Shown here piece by piece: positions 38,753 through 47,659 of a DNA stretch of 64,000 nucleotides; the stretch's first letter is position 1, and every line of letters begins with the position of its first letter. Under the pieces are notes generated by a model. The model worked only from the letters and a program-made list of their open reading frames with translations, searched no databases and was not told where the DNA came from. Location of the stretch: contig CAVYGN010000001.1 in assembly GCA_963768055.1 (NCBI GenBank), positions 32,001 through 96,000 on the forward strand, given 5' to 3'. The position numbers and the translations under genes were made by a program. Origin of the DNA: an uncultured Spirochaetota bacterium (GTDB lineage Bacteria > Spirochaetota > Brevinematia > Brevinematales > JAOACQ01).

Positions 38753-40033
38753 ATGAACGATATAAATAAAAAAGATATGCGGCCTGAGCCTAAGAGGCCG
38801 GAGCCGGAAAAGAGCTTTTTACTGAGCGAGATAAAAGACATACCCGTTTATAACGGCGTAAAGCGGATAGGCAGGCTTTCGGATATGATCGTCCAGGAAT
38901 ACGCTACGATTCCGCATATCACTCATTTTATTATAAAAAGGCCCTTCGGCTATCCGAAGCTGCTCATTCCAATGGCTAAAATGCTGTCTATCGGCCTTAA
39001 AAGCCTTCGTTTTGAGCTGCCCTCCCTGGATGAATATGAAAAAGAGCCAGAACCCGGCGACATGCTCCTTCGGGACTATATTCTCGATAAAAAAGTGATC
39101 GATATGGACGAACATGAAGTATCGGTAGTCTACGATGTGAAGATCATCCAGGTGAATAAAAAGCTCTATGCAAGCGATGTCGACTTCAGCCACTACGGAT
39201 TTTACAGGCGTCTGCATATGAAATGGCTTGCCGGGATATTGAATATCAAAGAGGACCTGTTATCCTGGAAATTCGTTCAGCCGCTGCCTGGGAACCTCAG
39301 CAGTTTCAAAGGCGATATCAAGCTGACGGCTTTGAAAGAAAAGCTTGCCGATATTTCTCCGGTCGATATGGCTGACATTATCGAGGAATTGGACCGGGAA
39401 CAGCGCGCCGCAGTCTTCCAGGAAATGCCCACGGAACAGGCTTCGGACACCCTTGAAGAGCTCGAACCCAGCGTCCAGCGCGAGGTGGTTTCTTCACTTA
39501 AAAAAGAAACTGTCGCCCAGCTTATAAATGATATGACCCCCGCGCAGGCTGCCGATGTCCTGGCGGTTATTTCACTTTCGGAAAAAGAATCGATTATGCA
39601 GCTTGTTGAAAAAGATATGGCATTGAAGATACAGGCCATTCTTGACAGGCAGGAAGAAAACATCCTTAATTTCACTACCGCCAGTTTCCTTAAATTCGGC
39701 CCGCATGAAATTGCAAGAGATGTCCGTAAATTATACCAGAAAAAGGCCCGCGACATGGATGTGATCATGTATCTTTATGTGGTCGACCCTGAAGATAAGC
39801 TCCTGGGAGTACTGGACATCAAAGAACTATTAATTGCGGAAGATGGAGCGCTTCTTTCGGAAATAATGACTGAAGGAATAATAAATTTGAACCCTGACAG
39901 CACGCTGCATGACGCATCCGATCTGTTCGACCGCTATAGTTTCAGGGCCCTGCCCGTATTGGACGCCGATGGGAAAATTCAAGGCGTCGTTCCCTACAGG
40001 GATGTAATGGAATTGAAACACCGGTTTTTATAG
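38753..40033 (+). CDS. MgtE N-terminal/CBS domain protein with PRC-barrel-like N-terminus (no TM domain)
   Basis: ILDKKVID, SPVDMADIIEEL, YLYVVD and ALPVLD motifs; AGGAGG RBS before 38753. Confidence 0.85.
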   Translation: MNDINKKDMRPEPKRPEPEKSFLLSEIKDIPVYNGVKRIGRLSDMIVQEYATIPHITHFIIKRPFGYPKLLIPMAKMLSIGLKSLRFELPSLDEYEKEPEPGDMLLRDYILDKKVIDMDEHEVSVVYDVKIIQVNKKLYASDVDFSHYGFYRRLHMKWLAGILNIKEDLLSWKFVQPLPGNLSSFKGDIKLTALKEKLADISPVDMADIIEELDREQRAAVFQEMPTEQASDTLEELEPSVQREVVSSLKKETVAQLINDMTPAQAADVLAVISLSEKESIMQLVEKDMALKIQAILDRQEENILNFTTASFLKFGPHEIARDVRKLYQKKARDMDVIMYLYVVDPEDKLLGVLDIKELLIAEDGALLSEIMTEGIINLNPDSTLHDASDLFDRYSFRALPVLDADGKIQGVVPYRDVMELKHRFL

Positions 40034-40384
40034 AGTTTCTTTGAGAAGTATCCTTGTATTATATAAAGAACAGGCATAATGAGAAATAACAATCGGAGCA
40101 TTTTGAATGATCGATGAAATTATTTCTTTGTAGAGAAATCACTGACTGAAATTGCAACTTATGTCGTTGACTTTCATAATATAGCGCTGCATTCAAATTT
40201 AAAGATAATGAATCCGGAGAAATATAAAGAAAACAGGATTTGAATAAAATTAAGAATTTATCTTATAATAAAGCGGTAGCTTTTTAACCTGATATTAATA
40301 AAAACTTTGTTTCCCGCTTGCCATCTATGGTGAGACGAGCTTCGGGACTCTGGAATAAAATTTATTTAATATAGGGGATAATAG

Positions 40385-41245
40385 GTGTCGGTTAAATCAA
40401 GGGCGATATTCCTCGCGGTTTTATCGGATATTTTATTGATAGTCATAAAAACCGGGGCCGGTATTTTCAGCGGTTCTGTCAGTTTATTATCGGAAGCCGT
40501 ACATTCGGGAATGGACATGGTTTCATCGATAATTAATTTCCTTTCAGTAAGAGTGTCGGATAAACCACCGGATGAGAGCCATCCATACGGTCATCATAAG
40601 TTCGAGGATATGTCGGGACTTCTCGAATCGATCCTCCTTTTGTTCGCTTCCGGGTCAATTATTTATGAGGCGATAATCAGGCTTAAAAATTTGAAAGAAA
40701 TCAGTATGCCGTCCCTTGGCCTGGCTGTTATGGTTTTTTCTTCCCTTCTGAATCTTGCGCTCTCTTTTCACTTTTCCAATGTAGCTAAAAAAGAAAGCTC
40801 AATCGCCCTTGAAGCCGAGGCTTTAGACAAAAGGGCCGACATAATTTCCACAGCGGGTGTAGGGGTCGGCTTTATTCTCATATGGCTCTTCAAGCTCTAT
40901 TATGTCGACCCAATTCTTGCAATAATAATTGCCCTGTACATATTGAGGGGAGCGGTTTCGCTTTTTATCAAGGTGGTTAATCCCCTGACCGACTCAAGCC
41001 TTTCAAAAAAAGATATTATAATTATCAAGGAAGTATTAAATAACAACTCCGATTATATATTTGATTATCATGACCTGAGGACAAGGGGGGACGGCATCAC
41101 CAGGTATATTGATATGCACATCACGCTTCCGGATAATATGACGATCCATCGCGGCCATGACATCGCCAATAAAATTGAAAAGGAAATCGAAAGCAGGCTT
41201 AAAAACACCCAGGTCCTTATCCATATGGAGCCGAAAGAGGGTTAA
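40385..41245 (+). CDS. Cation diffusion facilitator (FieF-like)
   Basis: SEAVHSGMD, PPDESHPYGHHKFE, HDLRTR and VLIHMEP motifs. Confidence 0.92.
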   Translation: MSVKSRAIFLAVLSDILLIVIKTGAGIFSGSVSLLSEAVHSGMDMVSSIINFLSVRVSDKPPDESHPYGHHKFEDMSGLLESILLLFASGSIIYEAIIRLKNLKEISMPSLGLAVMVFSSLLNLALSFHFSNVAKKESSIALEAEALDKRADIISTAGVGVGFILIWLFKLYYVDPILAIIIALYILRGAVSLFIKVVNPLTDSSLSKKDIIIIKEVLNNNSDYIFDYHDLRTRGDGITRYIDMHITLPDNMTIHRGHDIANKIEKEIESRLKNTQVLIHMEPKEG

Positions 41246-41294
41246 TCATCAACCCCTCCCGGTTGACATCATGGAGGAAAATACCGAGGCCATT

Positions 41295-41711
41295 ATGCTG
41301 CAGGAATTTATCCATCGTAAAACGCTTGCCCATGAGGGAGTTTACGATATTACCTCCGAAGTGAAGTCTATCGTCGCCAGGAGCGGTATAAGAACCGGCC
41401 TTGTCAATATATATGTACAGGGCGCTACAGCCGCTATAATGATCCAGGAGAACTGGGATGAAAGCGTTCAGACCGATGTGATCAACCTCCTCCGAAAGCT
41501 TATTCCGGCGGGTGTCTGGCTTCATGACAGCCAGGATAATAATGGGGATTCTCATCTCAAATCCGGGCTTATCGGGCCTGGAAAGACAGTTCCGGTTATA
41601 AACGGAGAACCCGGCCTTTCCACCTGGCAGAACATCTTTCTCTGCGAGTTCGACGGGCCAAGGGAAAGCAGGGATATAATTGTCACAGTTGTTGGAGAGC
41701 CCTCCCCATGA
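41295..41711 (+). CDS. YjbQ/UPF0047 family protein
   Basis: ATAAIMIQEN, NGDSHLKS and LSTWQNIFLCEFDGPR motifs. Confidence 0.9.
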   Translation: MLQEFIHRKTLAHEGVYDITSEVKSIVARSGIRTGLVNIYVQGATAAIMIQENWDESVQTDVINLLRKLIPAGVWLHDSQDNNGDSHLKSGLIGPGKTVPVINGEPGLSTWQNIFLCEFDGPRESRDIIVTVVGEPSP

Positions 41712-41814
41712 TATCCATGTTTCGTTAAACTCCGGTAAGAATTGTGGCATATCCCTTGACATCTAGCCCATATTTAATGTAACATTATTGATTCATTAAT
41801 AAGGAGGGTTTAAT

Positions 41815-42090
41815 ATGAACAAAGGTGAACTCGTTGAATTCCTGGTTGATAAGGCCAAATTGAGCAAGGCGGAAGCCGGAAGAATTTTTGACTATGTGAT
41901 CGAAGGAATTCAGCATGGTCTTAAGAAAACAAAAGAGGTCGCTTTAGTAGGTTTTGGGACTTTCAAAGTCGTTGACAAGCCGGCAAGGGAAGGAAGAAAC
42001 CCTAAAACAGGTGAGAAAATTAAGATCGCGGCAAAAAGAGCGGTTTCCTTCAAAGCAGGTAAGGGTTTAAAGGAATCCGTGGCAAAGTAA
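41815..42090 (+). CDS. hup: HU DNA-binding protein
   Basis: MNKGELV...GFGTF...REGRNPKTGE...FKAGKGLK. Confidence 0.95.
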   Translation: MNKGELVEFLVDKAKLSKAEAGRIFDYVIEGIQHGLKKTKEVALVGFGTFKVVDKPAREGRNPKTGEKIKIAAKRAVSFKAGKGLKESVAK

Positions 42091-42313
42091 GGGTCTGATC
42101 TGCCGGCTCGCTGCTCCCGGGCGTATAAAATAAAAAACTAGCTTGCAGCTATTTGTCAAGGTATCGATTTATTTCGGCATTGCCGATGAAAATTGTCCTT
42201 GGCCGGATTCGGCCTGGATTTTTTTATCGAAGCAATGCGAGATATCGGTGTGTGGTATATGATAATCCATATACGATGGCTATGGATAAATCGAAGGGAT
42301 AAACGGAGGATTT

Positions 42314-43195
42314 ATGAAAAATAATCTTATTATATTCTTCATTTCTGACGCTTTGATATTTTTGTTAGCAGCCTGTTCGGGTAATGGAAAGACGGCTTCA
42401 AGCAGTTCAAGCGCCAGCTCTGTTGCCAGCTCCAGTTCAATTTTATCGTCCTCTTCAAGCTCCGTATCTTCAAGCCTAGCTACTTCCTATTCCCATTCCA
42501 GTTCAACTATTCCTACTTATACCGTTACCTACAATCCTAACAAAGCAAAGGGGGGAAAAGTTCCAACCGACCCGAATAATTATACGAATGGGGAAGCTGC
42601 TACAGTATTAAGTAATTCCGGCAGTCTGGTTAATACCGGATCGATCTTTGCAGGATGGAACACAAAGGCTGACGGAACAGGAACCAGTTATGCCGCAGGA
42701 ACCACTTTCATTGTCAATGCTGCAAACATAACGTTTTATTCTATATGGCTTCCCCACAACCTTTCTTTTTCCAGTTCAGGGAAGAGCATCGTTATAGAAG
42801 GCCATTCTTCAGCTCCAATCGGAGATCTTGTTATTCCCGACGGCGTCACAATCGTAGGGTGGAATGCCTTTATTAACTGTTCAAGCCTGACAGGAGTAAC
42901 AATCCCCTCCACCCTGGCCGGCATCGGCGACAGCGCTTTTGACGGCTGTACAAACCTTGTAAGCGTAATCATTCCTTCAAACGTAACCAGTATCGGCAAT
43001 TATGCATTTTATAGCTGCACCGGCCTTACAAATGTTACCGTTAAGGGAAGAACCCCTCCAGGCCTTGAACCTGGATCTAAGGCATTTAATTTATGCCATG
43101 CAGGTCTGCAGATACATGTCCCGGCCGGTACCCTGATTTCTTATCAATCGGCAACCGGCTGGAGTGATTATGCATCTATAATTGTTTCTCCTTAA
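42314..43195 (+). CDS. Lipoprotein with Ser linker, InlB-B/Flg_new repeat and BspA-type leucine-rich repeats
   Basis: Lipobox LAAC, poly-Ser, GWNTKADGTG and IPSNVTSIGNYAFYSCTGL repeats. Confidence 0.85.
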   Translation: MKNNLIIFFISDALIFLLAACSGNGKTASSSSSASSVASSSSILSSSSSSVSSSLATSYSHSSSTIPTYTVTYNPNKAKGGKVPTDPNNYTNGEAATVLSNSGSLVNTGSIFAGWNTKADGTGTSYAAGTTFIVNAANITFYSIWLPHNLSFSSSGKSIVIEGHSSAPIGDLVIPDGVTIVGWNAFINCSSLTGVTIPSTLAGIGDSAFDGCTNLVSVIIPSNVTSIGNYAFYSCTGLTNVTVKGRTPPGLEPGSKAFNLCHAGLQIHVPAGTLISYQSATGWSDYASIIVSP

Positions 43196-43306
43196 TTATT
43201 TGCCGGCAGGTATTTTTAATAAAATTGATTTGACCAATTTCTTTAAAAACATTAAATTAAAATAAAAATATATTAATTATTAGAAGCGTTATAAGGAAAG
43301 GAGCTT

Positions 43307-44854
43307 ATGGGAGCAATAGAAACCAGGACTGCAAAAATTTATCTTGATGAAAATGGGGTTCTCAGAATTGTATTTACGGCCGCACTCGACTCCGGGGAAG
43401 ACGAGAGGGAAAATATCGAGGCTATTGACAAAATCACGGAAAAACAAAAATACCCTCTTCTAATAGATTTTTCGGGAGTAACTGAAATCCCCCCCCTGTC
43501 CAGAAAGTTTTTTGAATCTAAAGATGCTTTCAATCCCATTTCAGCTATGGCGGTGCTTTTGGGGCCGGCTGTAAGCAAAATGACGGAGGACTTTTTCACC
43601 GGTTTAATGAATCAGCCCGGCCTGGCTATGAAACTTTTTAATGATGAAGACAAAGCGCTTTTGTGGCTGAATAGCTTTATATCGGCCAGGTTTGAAGCCG
43701 AGCAGTATGCCGTAGACCGAAAAATATCAATATTAGAATTTAAGGATACGAAAACTTCCTTTATTATCTCCTGCGATGACGGGATAATCCGGATTTCATC
43801 TTTTTGGGACACTCATACGCTGGAAGACGCTAAAGAGGTGATTTCCGCTTTCAAGCTGATAGCGAAGGATAAAAAGCACCCGGTACTGGTAGATTCTTCA
43901 AGAGCAAAGGATATGTCGCCTGAAAGCATGAAATTTTACGGTTCTGACGAGGCTATGATATCCGTATCAGCCATTGCAATCATCATAAAATCCGGAATTT
44001 CAAGAGTGATGGCGAATTTTTTTATGGATATCAGCAAAAGAAAATTCCCTCCCAGAAGGCTGTTTAACGATGAAAATAAGGCCGTTGAATGGCTGAAAAC
44101 CTTCATGGTTTCGAATTCGGCAGGGGAAACCGAACAGATTAATGTACTGGTTTATGAGCCCGTCAGCCAGATGCAGAAGCCAATCATATACACGCTGATA
44201 AAGAACGGCATCAAATGCCTGTGCCTGCAGGACAAAAAATTTATTATTAATAAATTAAACTCAAAAAAATTTAATGCTTTTATCTGCAACTGTCCCCCCG
44301 GGGCGACGGAAATTATAGGAATTATTAAAGAAATAAGGCAGGACTCCGGTTTGAATTCCGTTAAAATCGTCCTCTGGACCGATGCTTCCTACAAAAGTTT
44401 TTTTGAGGAAATGATCAGGATCGGCATCAACGGGATCATTTTAAAGCCGTTTGTCGAGGAAGTATTTGAACAGAGCATTCTTAAAATATTGTACGGAAAG
44501 GGAGGAGTTCCCGATCGCAGGCGGATTATCCGGGTTGAACCGGATGCCGGAGACAGAACCATTGTCGCAATCCGGTCAACCACCACTCATAAGACAGTTG
44601 TCGGCAAAGTAAAATCCTTATCCATGGAGGGAATGGCGATCGAGCTGACCGGCGAACTTACAGATGAAGATCTTAGAGAAAAAGAAGTGATAACCAATAA
44701 TAACATCAAAATCACTCTAAATGAGAATGATATCAGCACGAACGGCGTCATATTCAAGAGAAAACAAAATATGGCGGTGATTAAATTCTATGAAATGCAG
44801 GATTATTACAAAAACATGCTCAGTTCTTATATTTACGGCAGGCTCGGACTTTAA
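43307..44854 (+). CDS. Signalling protein with two SpoIIAA/STAS-like domains, a degenerate receiver and a PilZ-like domain
   Basis: Internal duplication (PLLID...LFNDEDKALLWL / PVLVD...LFNDENKAVEWL), REC-like ILKPF, and RRRIIR...SLSMEG. Confidence 0.65.
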   Translation: MGAIETRTAKIYLDENGVLRIVFTAALDSGEDERENIEAIDKITEKQKYPLLIDFSGVTEIPPLSRKFFESKDAFNPISAMAVLLGPAVSKMTEDFFTGLMNQPGLAMKLFNDEDKALLWLNSFISARFEAEQYAVDRKISILEFKDTKTSFIISCDDGIIRISSFWDTHTLEDAKEVISAFKLIAKDKKHPVLVDSSRAKDMSPESMKFYGSDEAMISVSAIAIIIKSGISRVMANFFMDISKRKFPPRRLFNDENKAVEWLKTFMVSNSAGETEQINVLVYEPVSQMQKPIIYTLIKNGIKCLCLQDKKFIINKLNSKKFNAFICNCPPGATEIIGIIKEIRQDSGLNSVKIVLWTDASYKSFFEEMIRIGINGIILKPFVEEVFEQSILKILYGKGGVPDRRRIIRVEPDAGDRTIVAIRSTTTHKTVVGKVKSLSMEGMAIELTGELTDEDLREKEVITNNNIKITLNENDISTNGVIFKRKQNMAVIKFYEMQDYYKNMLSSYIYGRLGL

Positions 44855-44891
44855 AACCGGCATCTATACCCGGTAAAAATACCTCTATTAT

Positions 44892-45644
44892 TCAATCGTT
44901 GGTCGGATTAAAAATATCCAGTTCGTTTTGCGCTTTTACCGCCTCGTGAACGTTTAGATTTAATTTTTTGTTCAGCGATACCGATTTGTCCCAATAATCG
45001 ACTGCCCCCGCGATATTTGTTTTTGATTTCTGCAGTTCTCCGAGAAAATAATAAGCGGCTATCATATATCCTTCCAGGCTGGAATTTTCAGAATATGCTT
45101 TTTGGACGAAATCGTAATCGGCTGCGGCAATATCCCGTTTTTTAAAAAAATCCGGCAGATTGATAAAAAGATTGGCCCTCTGGTATCTTACAAACCATTC
45201 TATAGGCTTGCCCCCGGCAATCCTGACCGCATTATCGAAAATGGAAATTGCATTGTTTACCTCGAAGAATTTTTCCAGCCCGTCTTTGGAATCCCGGCTT
45301 ACCAGAGAATGTCCCAGGCCAAGGTAAACCATTGCGAAAGGATTTTCCTTTTCTTTATTTAAGAATTTTTCCACATGCGATACAATATTCCTTGAATTGG
45401 TAATGTCCGGGTTTTCCCCTGAAGACGATAAGGCCGTGTATAAAATTCCAATGGCCAGGTCCGCATAATAATCCTTGGGATCGCCGATCAGTCTTTGTTC
45501 GTATTCGGTAATTTTTGCCCGGATCTTTTCCCGGGAATAATTAAAATAATTGTTTAAACCGAAGCATTCGTCAAAATCCGTTGAAAACATGGATGATGCG
45601 GCTATAAAAGCTAAAATCCCCGATACTGCTATTCTCTTAATCAT
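44892..45644 (-). CDS. Secreted TPR-like protein
   Basis: Signal peptide and helical repeats (AYYFLGEL...AVDYWDKS). Confidence 0.6.
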   Translation of the reverse strand: MIKRIAVSGILAFIAASSMFSTDFDECFGLNNYFNYSREKIRAKITEYEQRLIGDPKDYYADLAIGILYTALSSSGENPDITNSRNIVSHVEKFLNKEKENPFAMVYLGLGHSLVSRDSKDGLEKFFEVNNAISIFDNAVRIAGGKPIEWFVRYQRANLFINLPDFFKKRDIAAADYDFVQKAYSENSSLEGYMIAAYYFLGELQKSKTNIAGAVDYWDKSVSLNKKLNLNVHEAVKAQNELDIFNPTND

Positions 45645-45802
45645 AATATTGCTCCTGCCTGTAACATCATGACGCGCCGGCTATTTGAAGCGCCTTTAAT
45701 GCAGACAATTATAGCATGAATATCAGCCGGTTAAAAGTGATTTTTGACAAGATGGTCAAAAGGCATTATGAAGTGATTTATTCTTTGCATGACAGGATGA
45801 AT

Positions 45803-46120
45803 TCAGCAGCATCCGCCGGATTCCGGCTCTTTACAGGACTGCGGCCCCCCGCACCCGCATTCGGGAGATTTATTCCCGAAAATGCCGCTGATTACCGCGG
45901 CGGCACATCCGACACCGGAATTGACTTCGATTGCACCGGCCGGGCAATTTATCCGGCAGGCCCCGCATTCCATGCATGCGTCTCTTATAACTATCAATGC
46001 TTTTTTATCAAGCAGCTTGAAAACATTATGCGGGCAAACTTCTATACAATTGCCGCATCCGGTGCATTTATCGATGTCCAATGCCAGGCTCCCGCCGTTT
46101 TTAATATATTTCCAGATCAC
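45803..46120 (-). CDS. hgcB: Mercury methylation ferredoxin HgcB
   Basis: CTGCGNCIEVCP and CMECGACRINCP cluster motifs, GVGCA, C-terminal CC; starts 2 nt after hgcA. Confidence 0.95.
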   Translation of the reverse strand: MIWKYIKNGGSLALDIDKCTGCGNCIEVCPHNVFKLLDKKALIVIRDACMECGACRINCPAGAIEVNSGVGCAAAVISGIFGNKSPECGCGGPQSCKEPESGGCC

Positions 46121-46122
46121 TG

Positions 46123-47151
46123 TTACCCTCCGATATTCAGAATTTTTAAAATATTTAATACGATCCCTCCCGCAAAGGCCGCGGCCATAACGGGCAGCGA
46201 TCTTTTAACCTCGAGAGTCGCGCCGGTTTGATTTGTAAATGTCGTCGATCCCGTAAAATTCATGGCTATAAACGATATTACGGGAATCGTTATAAGGGCC
46301 AGTAATAGCGACCCGTAAATTGAAAGCCTGCATATCCATGCCGCCGGTAAGCAATATATAATACCGAGAACGCCGCCCTTTAAAGAAAAGGCCCTGAAAG
46401 GCAGGTATGGGAGCAGCAGGGGAAATACAAAAACTCCTGAAAGAACGGAAAAAATGTAAGCGGTAAGAAGCGGCGTAAGTCTTTGTATATAAGTTTTGTC
46501 TAAAGGCAGGCTGAAAACAGAGCCGAGAATAATGAGAACAGAAACAAGCCACATGCTTTGAACCAGTTCCACCGGAGCCACTATAAGCCTGTCCTTCCAG
46601 TTGAAGCTTACCTCGCTCATGCGGGCGTCTTTTTTCATCCCTTTTGCCATGAATCGTTTTATATCGCCTGCACGGACAGGGCCGTATGTAATTTCAAATT
46701 TTGTCATCATGCGGGCCTTATAAGAAGACACTCCTACAGCGCCAAGCTGCGGCAGGATGATTTTCCTGTGCCTTACGATCCTTTCGAGCCCCGATTCTAA
46801 TATTCTTTTTACAAGCTCCATTGTTCCGAAAGTACCCTTTCCGGCTGCGCACCAGACGTTGATGCCCCTGGTATCGAGAACGATCAGCCAGGCGTCCAAG
46901 CCTTCAAGGTTTTTTCTAACAATGTCGAAAGAAAGTTTATAGTTGGCCGTGACAAATACAGGTGAGTCCTGATCCGGTTTCCCGATCCCGTAAAGCCCCG
47001 GAGAAACCCTGTAATTTCCTCTCCCGATATCGAGCCTGACCATAAGGCCGCCAATCCAGTCTGTAAAGGTGAGCTTAGTCGATATTAAAGGAATTTGCCG
47101 GTTGGAAATGCCGGCATAACCACTTATATAAGGTTCCCTTTTATCCATCAT
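46123..47151 (-). CDS. hgcA: Mercury methylation corrinoid protein HgcA
   Basis: Cap-helix motif NVWCAAGK, VTANYKLSFD, LPQLGA, and a C-terminal TM domain with MNFTGSTTFT. Confidence 0.96.
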   Translation of the reverse strand: MMDKREPYISGYAGISNRQIPLISTKLTFTDWIGGLMVRLDIGRGNYRVSPGLYGIGKPDQDSPVFVTANYKLSFDIVRKNLEGLDAWLIVLDTRGINVWCAAGKGTFGTMELVKRILESGLERIVRHRKIILPQLGAVGVSSYKARMMTKFEITYGPVRAGDIKRFMAKGMKKDARMSEVSFNWKDRLIVAPVELVQSMWLVSVLIILGSVFSLPLDKTYIQRLTPLLTAYIFSVLSGVFVFPLLLPYLPFRAFSLKGGVLGIIYCLPAAWICRLSIYGSLLLALITIPVISFIAMNFTGSTTFTNQTGATLEVKRSLPVMAAAFAGGIVLNILKILNIGG

Positions 47152-47596
47152 GGACCTCGCTTGTTGTTTTTTTTCTCAGGGCGTCGGCGAAAAGTTTGAA
47201 GGATTCAACCACGCCGGCATGTTTATAATCGGGTATGTATTTAAAAATATCCAGGTATATTTTGTTCCATAACGAATTTATCTCACAGGTAATTCTATAG
47301 CCGGTTTCCGTCAGTTTAAGGTTAGTATATCTCCTGTCTTTAGGATTTTCAGACCTTTCAATAAAACCCGATTTGAACAATTCGTCGGCTGTCCTGCTCA
47401 AAGTGCTTTTATCAAGGTCGAGGGCTAGGGAAAGCTGTTTTATTGTAAGTTCTCCCTGCGATTCTATCTCCATTAGCATGTGACATTGAGGCACGGTGAT
47501 CCCGCAGCAGCAATCGCCGTTTGCAAACTGCCTTTCTATCGCCCTTTCTATTACCCTGATCGATTTTCTGAAAATTCCTAACTTTAATTCGTCCAT
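47141..47596 (-). CDS. MarR family regulator with CCC motif
   Basis: DCCCGITVPQCH, LDKSTLSRT and DRRY wing; overlaps the hgcA start. Confidence 0.9.
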   Translation of the reverse strand: MDELKLGIFRKSIRVIERAIERQFANGDCCCGITVPQCHMLMEIESQGELTIKQLSLALDLDKSTLSRTADELFKSGFIERSENPKDRRYTNLKLTETGYRITCEINSLWNKIYLDIFKYIPDYKHAGVVESFKLFADALRKKTTSEVHDG

Positions 47597-47609
47597 ATTT
47601 TATCCGGTT

Positions 47610-47659
47610 TATTGAGTGTGTATAACAACTATTGTAACACACAACTACGATAATGTCAA
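47610..47659 (-). promoter_or_regulatory. sigma70 promoter and putative MarR operator of marR-hgcA-hgcB
   Basis: TTGACA (47659-47654), N17, TACAAT (47636-47631); two TAGTTGT repeats flank the -10 element. Confidence 0.7.

Noticed and set aside
40305..40350. Possible metal riboswitch upstream of the CDF gene
   Set aside because: Only a weak hairpin is present; I could not match NiCo or yybP-ykoY consensus features by eye.
45716..46231. Plus-strand 171-aa ORF and similar long antisense ORFs (for example 20939-21586 and 41217-41762)
   Set aside because: They are shadow frames of well-supported genes on the opposite strand.
47152..47180. Selenocysteine N-terminal extension of HgcA (in-frame TGA upstream)
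   Set aside because: The TGA lies within the marR coding region with no Cys/Sec motif context, and the cap-helix residue is TGC (Cys).
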